A stretch of 64,000 nt of DNA from Octopus vulgaris (Eukaryota). The DNA lies in the NCBI GenBank assembly GCA_951406725.2, contig OX597826.1:41416001-41480000 (forward strand), written 5' to 3'. Both the position numbers and the translations under genes were made by a program. Below the pieces are notes generated by a model. That model worked only from the letters and a program-made list of their open reading frames with translations. It was not told where the DNA came from and ran no database searches. Numbering within the stretch: position 1 is the stretch's first letter; each line of letters begins with the position of its first letter. Positions 57,749-64,000 of the stretch are shown piece after piece.

Positions 57749-58772
57749 CTAGCATTATGACCCGTCGTTGCCGGGTCATAGTGCTAGTGCATGTATATAT
57801 GTGTATATATATGTGTACATATTACATGTACATCTATATATATACATCTACACATAAAATACAAAATACAAAGTTATATCTTGATATCGCTAGTGATAAC
57901 AATACTCAAAATATATAACAGACTGGAATTGTAAGCCCGTCTCTTGCAATTTCGATCAATTGTATCTTTTCCTCTCTCTTGTATAGAAATGTGGCTACAA
58001 TCCAGCCTACCTCAACTTCGGGGGGGGGGGGGGCATTTAAAATTTTTATCCGGCACGTCCTACGTCCCAGATATAAAGGTAAAATAAAATATTTCCACTT
58101 TGCAAGTTCGAGTCGAGTACTCCCTTGCACGCTCCGTTGACTCGAACCTTGCTTCTATTGTGGCGAATTTACCGCCTCTGGTTAGATATCTTTCATAGTC
58201 GCACCAAGACACTTTTCGATGGTGCTTTCCTCCAGGTGTTCAAATTTTCTTTTTTCTCTACATTGTATACTTTATAGACAATAGTCTTTTCTTTAATTTA
58301 ATTTTTTATTATCCATCTGGACTATTCCATTTCTGCACGCTAATTTTATTTTTACTTTATTCCCATTCATGTGAAACCACTTATTCAAGTTCAAATCAGT
58401 GAAGCAATTTTATACCAATTGCTATTTTTACTTTTGTTATGTTACGATTATATTATACTTTAGTTTGATTTTAATTATTACTTACTACATATAATTCAAT
58501 TGTTATTATTATTTTTATTGTTAAAGTGAAAGTATCTGATATAAAATAGAGAAATGTTTTTGTTTCACTTTTAACACGTAATACTGAAATAGTGGAGAAG
58601 ATATGATATTACTATGGACTCGCTCTAGGCAAGAAGTAAGGCATGTGTAAAATTGCTATGGGCTCGCTCTAGGCAAGAAGTAAGGCATGTGTAAAATTTG
58701 AATGAAATTGGTTGTGTAGTTCTCAAGTTTTAGGGAAAAACACAGACAGACAGACACAGACACACATTCTCA

Positions 58773-58785
<13 letters not shown>
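57749..58785 (-). mobile_element. Non-autonomous Helitron, second family (~1 kb)
   Basis: 5' end tatataaaactgagaatgtgtg resembles the first family. 3' CTAG with a long hairpin at 57748-57788. Internal tandem duplication at 58613-58698. Confidence 0.75.
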
Positions 58786-58822
<37 letters not shown>

Positions 58823-59008
58823 CTACAAAATTAGAAAATGGAGAAACATACTTAAATCAATAAAACATCAACTATCAGATGATACCCAATCAATACTTTA
58901 TTACACCATTACATATCAGTAAAGGCATTATACAAAATATAAAGTAAATATAAATAGACAAGGAAATAGAAATATAAAATATAAAATATAATATGTAATT
59001 ATATCATA

Positions 59009-59118
59009 TCTGACAGCTGTTTCGGCAGTAAGGGCAGTCATACCTCATTTAATCTATAAGCCATAAAGGCAGGTATAAATGAGGCATTAACAAGGATGCC
59101 ACACGGCCTCTTCAGAGA
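59009..59118 (-). ncRNA. Type I hammerhead ribozyme with 85-nt helix II, GUC site
   Basis: Minus strand: TCT CTGAAGA GGC...ATGCCTCATTTA..TAAATGAGGTAT...GCC GAAA CAGCTG TC AGA. Confidence 0.8.
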
Positions 59119-59742
59119 ATTTAATTTGTTATAATTGTGAAAAAAATTATTTTTCCATATACATATAAATATAAAAATGTAAAAATGTAAAATATAAAAA
59201 CTTGTGCATAAAATCCATAATGCTACACATATATAATACTCATTGATACAATAATGCAAGGTAAACAAAACAAAATAAAACAAAATATATATCAGTGTAT
59301 ATATTAATATTAATAAGCACAGTTATTTTACATATTTAGCTAATAGTTCTAAAAACTAACACATAGGGAGATGTATGCGCACTACTATTTAAATTAAAAT
59401 CATCCCTATACCTGAAAATAATAATAAAAAAACCATAGTTCAGTTCATAAAATTATAAACCTATAAAAGTCAATATAAATTATTATTAATATTAATAAAA
59501 ATAATAATAAATACAGTTAAGTTAGCACCAAGTACATCGATTCAAAATCGAAATAACTATGAGTTTAGTTTTTCTGTCCGCTTGATATTGATTTTTCTAG
59601 ATTACTTCGATTGGCTTGTAGTTTGAAATTTGAATCACAAAAGAAATTTTACGGTTGGTTAGTCGGCTAAACAGCGGTGGTATAATTCCCTTACAGGACT
59701 GTCACGTTAAGTTGACAGTATACAACCACACACACACACACG

Positions 59743-59828
<86 letters not shown>

Positions 59829-60486
59829 ATGTATATACATATATTGACCAAAAGTGAATAATATTATTGTCAAAGGTGTGGAATTGTTAGGATATTTTGG
59901 ATGATAACTGATGAGGAATTAGTGTGAATTAGTTCCTTTGCTGTTTTAATTTTGGAACGTATTACACACACACACACTCAGATATATATATATATATAAA
60001 CATGAACATTCTCAAGTCTAAAATATGGTAAAATTTAAATTTATTGGCCTGAACACTTCAAGAACAAACTCTTTGGACTTCTCTAGTATCCAGGAACGAC
60101 TTTCAAGAACCTGAATACAAAATTTTGAAAAATCGCAAACAAAAAGTAAAATTAGATAACAACTACTGCAACAACAAGCTCAACAAATAAAACAAAAACA
60201 AAACCAAGTAAGCGAGTAACATAGCAGCAACATCGAGCTAATTCGGCATCCTATAGGTTTAAGTAAAACGATATAGATTATTATTCTAATAAATCTCATG
60301 GGATTACTGTAGCCTTGAACCAGCGATAGACTTGTATTAAGCGTTAGTGGTTTAGATTTTGTTTTTGTTCTTTGTTTTCTGTACTTGCGTCAATGTTTGT
60401 AATAAACTCGAGTAGGTTTAAATTCTACTTTTGAAAAACAAATCCTCTTCAGATTGTATAATTTCTCATTATCTGTCTTCATGTAT

Positions 60487-60797
60487 GAAGGCGCATATCT
60501 TAGCAGCTTAGGGCATTTGGATTCGTTCGTAAGGTCGTGAGTTCGATTCCCGATTGAGCGTCGTGTCCGTGAACAAAACACTTAACATCATGTTGCTCCA
60601 GGTCCCTCAGCTGGCAAAAATAAGTAGTACCGGTAATTCAAAGGGCCAGCTTTGTCAAATTCTGTGCCACGTTGAATATCTCTGAGAACTACCTTAAGGT
60701 TACGCATGTGTGTGTGGAGTGCGCGTCTACTTTCACGTTAAGTTCAAGAGCAGGCTGTTTCATAGATTGGATGGAGCAACAGGAACACTTATCGTCG
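60487..60797 (+). mobile_element. SINE family D (tail type X)
   Basis: gaaggcgcat..ttagggca..gagttcgattccc..gttgctccag..cagctggcaaaaa..caaagggccag. Confidence 0.8.
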
Positions 60798-60891
60798 AAA
60801 GTTAGTTACCTACATGCATGTGCTTATACGTACATACAACATACACACACACACTCATATGTATATAAGTACTATAGGTACATGAATATGA

Positions 60892-60930
<39 letters not shown>

Positions 60931-60934
<4 letters not shown>

Positions 60935-61242
60935 CGTGATCACCGTGACCGACCAGGCTATCAGATGTTGCTACACATCGCTGGTCACAATGCGCTTCGC
61001 ATTGTTTTAGCCTTTAAATGACGCCACCCCGCTGGCTAAGCGAGTAGGACAACAGAAGAAAGAGTGAGAGAAAGTTGTGGCGAAAGAGTACAGCAGAGAT
61101 CGCCACCATCCCCTGCCGGAGCCTCGTGGATCTTTTGGTGTTTTCGCTCAATAAACACTCACAACGCCCGGTCTGGGAATCGAAACCGCGATCCTACGAC
61201 CGCAAGTCCGCTGCCCTAACCACTGGGCTATTGCGCCTCCAC
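60931..61242 (-). mobile_element. SINE family C (tail type Y)
   Basis: Matches 36693-37002. Confidence 0.9.
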
Positions 61243-61336
<94 letters not shown>

Positions 61337-61371
61337 ATAATATATATATATATATATATATACATATGAAT

Positions 61372-61686
61372 GTTGAGACCCTCCCCCACTTCGGTCATGA
61401 CTGACCGTGGGATTGCACCTAGAAAGTTAACCCCCCAGGCACAAGTCTGGGCAAAGTTGTTTATGGAGGACCAGCTGTAGCCCATGCATACCGGCCTCCC
61501 TCTCCACGCAACTAGTGTTATCCAAAGGAAAGGCAACAGCGGATACAGTTTGGCACCTGTGACGTTGCAACTTATTTCTACAGCTGAATGAATTGGAGCA
61601 ACTTGAAATAGAGTGTCTTGCTCAAGAACACAACACGCAGCCCGGTCCGGGATTCGAACTCATAATCTCACGATCGTAAGCTCGAC
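61372..61686 (-). mobile_element. SINE family D with a different 3' tail (type Z)
   Basis: Family D head and core (gagttcgaatccc, cttgagcaagacac, gttgctcca) with a distinct tail. Confidence 0.7.
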
Positions 61687-61689
61687 ATA

Positions 61690-62813
61690 CAAGATGGTGC
61701 AAAAGTAGGTTTACTGTTGTATAGTTGTATATTTTATTAAAAAAAATATTGACACATTCTTGGAGTCTATCAGCCACACTGCGGCACACATGACGTCACA
61801 GGTCCAGGTCAGTGTTGATTTCCAAGAAGGCCTCTGTAATGAACCCACGTAGTTGAGGCAGAGTGCATGGTTTTCTCTGAAATACCTTCCCTTTCACAAC
61901 CCCCCAGAAAAAATCCATGGGTTTTAGGTCCGGGGAACGTGGCGGCCATTTAATACTCCCACGTCGCCCAATCCATCTTCCTGGGAACGCTTCACTGAAG
62001 AAATTACGCACATGAATTGCATAATGCGGTGGTGCCCCATCCTGTTAGAATAACACATCACCAAAGTTAGGCATAGGATGGATGGTGGGCACCACCTCCT
62101 TGCGCAAAAATTTCAAGGTAGTTGTCACCATTAAATGACAAGCCCAGGGACTCCTGAACATGACAGACCTGCCCAAACAGTGACACCTGGCTAATTCATA
62201 TCAGTTGTTAGAGTTAAGTGGAGGGTTTTCGTAATACCAGTAAACACAGTTATGTCGGTTGACATGACCTGATTCCTTGAAACAGGCCTCAATCCGACCA
62301 AACAATATTGGCAAAGAATTGCGAATTTTCACGAATCTCATTTAGCATGAATTCTACGAACTCCACACAACGATCTGGATCATCCTCTGTTAGGTGTTGC
62401 AGAAGACTAGGTCAGTATGGTTTGAAGTTCAGTTTTTTTTCATGAGACGACCGACGGACCTTTGTGAGATACCCAACTCAACCGATGCTCGTTTGTTAGA
62501 CTTTTTAGGGTTATTCCCAAAAGTCAATGCTACCTGCATTGAGTTTTCCTTAGTGGTAACAGTTCGAGGACGTGTGGGTTTCGTAGCGTTCTTTACCGAA
62601 CCTGACTCTTCGAATTTGTTTCTTATTTTGTAAACTGCTTGTCATGAAGGCGTGTGAAAGGTTTCTGCCCATTTCTGGCGCCCTATTTCCGCATTTTCAA
62701 ATTTCCAATAATTCTTTAGGATCCACTTTCTTTCTTCGTCTGTCAGCTTGCCCACCATTATACTCCACTGCCCTGTAAAAATAAAAATATACAGCTGTTA
62801 TCATACTTTTGCA
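61690..62813 (-). mobile_element. Decayed Tc1/mariner-superfamily transposon with residual TIRs
   Basis: QDGAPPH, FPGRWIGR, WPPRSPDLKPMDFFWG. TIR remnants tgcaaaagtaggtttactgttgta (61698) and its inverse at 62790-62813. Confidence 0.85.
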
Positions 62814-62830
62814 ATAAAAATATACAATCG

Positions 62831-62882
<52 letters not shown>

Positions 62883-62959
62883 AAACACCTTAAAATTCAA
62901 ACAAATTTATTTTAATATGGGTTAGGACCGCTCTCGGCAATAATTCTATGAAGTATGGA

Positions 62960-63186
62960 CTCGTACAAAGTCGCGTAAGAGTCCGACAGTTCCTATCTGA
63001 AAGTTCTTGTTTTCTTCCGGAGTTCTGTTTCCACGAGGAGGTTTTTCCCTCTTTCTCAAAAGCTATCATTACTTTCGCGACAGTACTTCTTGATGCACCA
63101 AGCTTTTCGGCTGTTTTCATTACGCTAACGCCTGCCATACGAGAACTAACAATTTGACCTCTTTGAAAGTCCGATAGATTTGTCAT
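62960..63186 (-). pseudogene. Tc1 transposase N-terminal HTH fragment
   Basis: MTNLSDFQRGQIV..RMAG.SV.KTAEKLG.SRSTV.KV...SGRK..LSDR..R. Confidence 0.85.
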
Positions 63187-63704
63187 TTTGATGAATTTTA
63201 ATTACATTTTTCTGATGATATCTGAAAAGAAACTGCAATTTTAGCTTAACACTAATAATAAATAAAAAAACCTAAAAATAAACAAGCTTTTGAGGGGTTT
63301 ATAGACTTAGAGTTGATCTAGAGGAACTTCAAAACCACATCCTTCTCACCGCTCTCGTTGGGCCTGCAAAAGCCATGAGAATAGAAAAGCTCCTTTCTTT
63401 AGATGAAACCTTGCAAAAGAAAGTATCCCGTAATGAACTAGGGTGATTCAAATCCTATTTTTAGATATGTATGTGAGCATGTGACAAAACCAGAAACAAA
63501 TGAATTCAGTACTGCACCAATTAACTTCATATTGAATTTAAATGATATAAAAGGCAATGGTTAGCAAAACCGATGGAGCATCAGATATGATTCCTTGCGG
63601 TATTTAATTATTTCTCTTTTCTTCACTGGGTTAGAAATTGGTGTGGAAGTTGACTTTCTCTTTTCATTCTTTCGAGGTCGAAAGTTCATTTGTAAATCCA
63701 GAGA

Positions 63705-63915
<211 letters not shown>

Positions 63916-64000
63916 ATATATTCCTCTTTATAATATTTCCTTTTATGAGCTTCCATTTCTGTCGTAGTTAGAATCATCCTTTTCCAAAGCATGATGGAAA

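Noticed and set aside
59908-59936. CTGATGA plus helix II (GGAATTAG/TTAGTTCC)
   Set aside because: GAAA and helix III are missing, so it is only a half motif.

Overview
This is AT-rich, repeat-saturated eukaryotic intergenic or intronic DNA. The dense microsatellites and SINE/Penelope families look like those of Octopus genomes, but that is inferred from my recollection of the families, not from a search. I find no convincing host protein-coding exon, and almost all ORFs in the track are translations of microsatellites. The window contains: many tRNA-derived SINEs in four head/body types; decayed R4/Dong-like LINE pieces; several Penelope-like element (PLE) RT and GIY-YIG pieces; a truncated Ty3/Gypsy gag-pro-RT; Tc1/mariner relics; three non-autonomous Helitrons; and a TIR MITE with an 8-bp TSD. 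The most notable signal is a set of about 10 type I hammerhead-ribozyme motifs from several unrelated PLE-type repeats. The best cores are at 36288(+), 39227(+), 54201(-) and 59009(-). Most have a palindromic helix III, which suggests cleavage as dimers, and several have very long (55-85 nt) helix II hairpins. One has the C3-G8 core pair swapped to G3-C8. Two insertions are flanked by unusually long direct duplications: about 100 bp around a SINE and about 225 bp around a Helitron.
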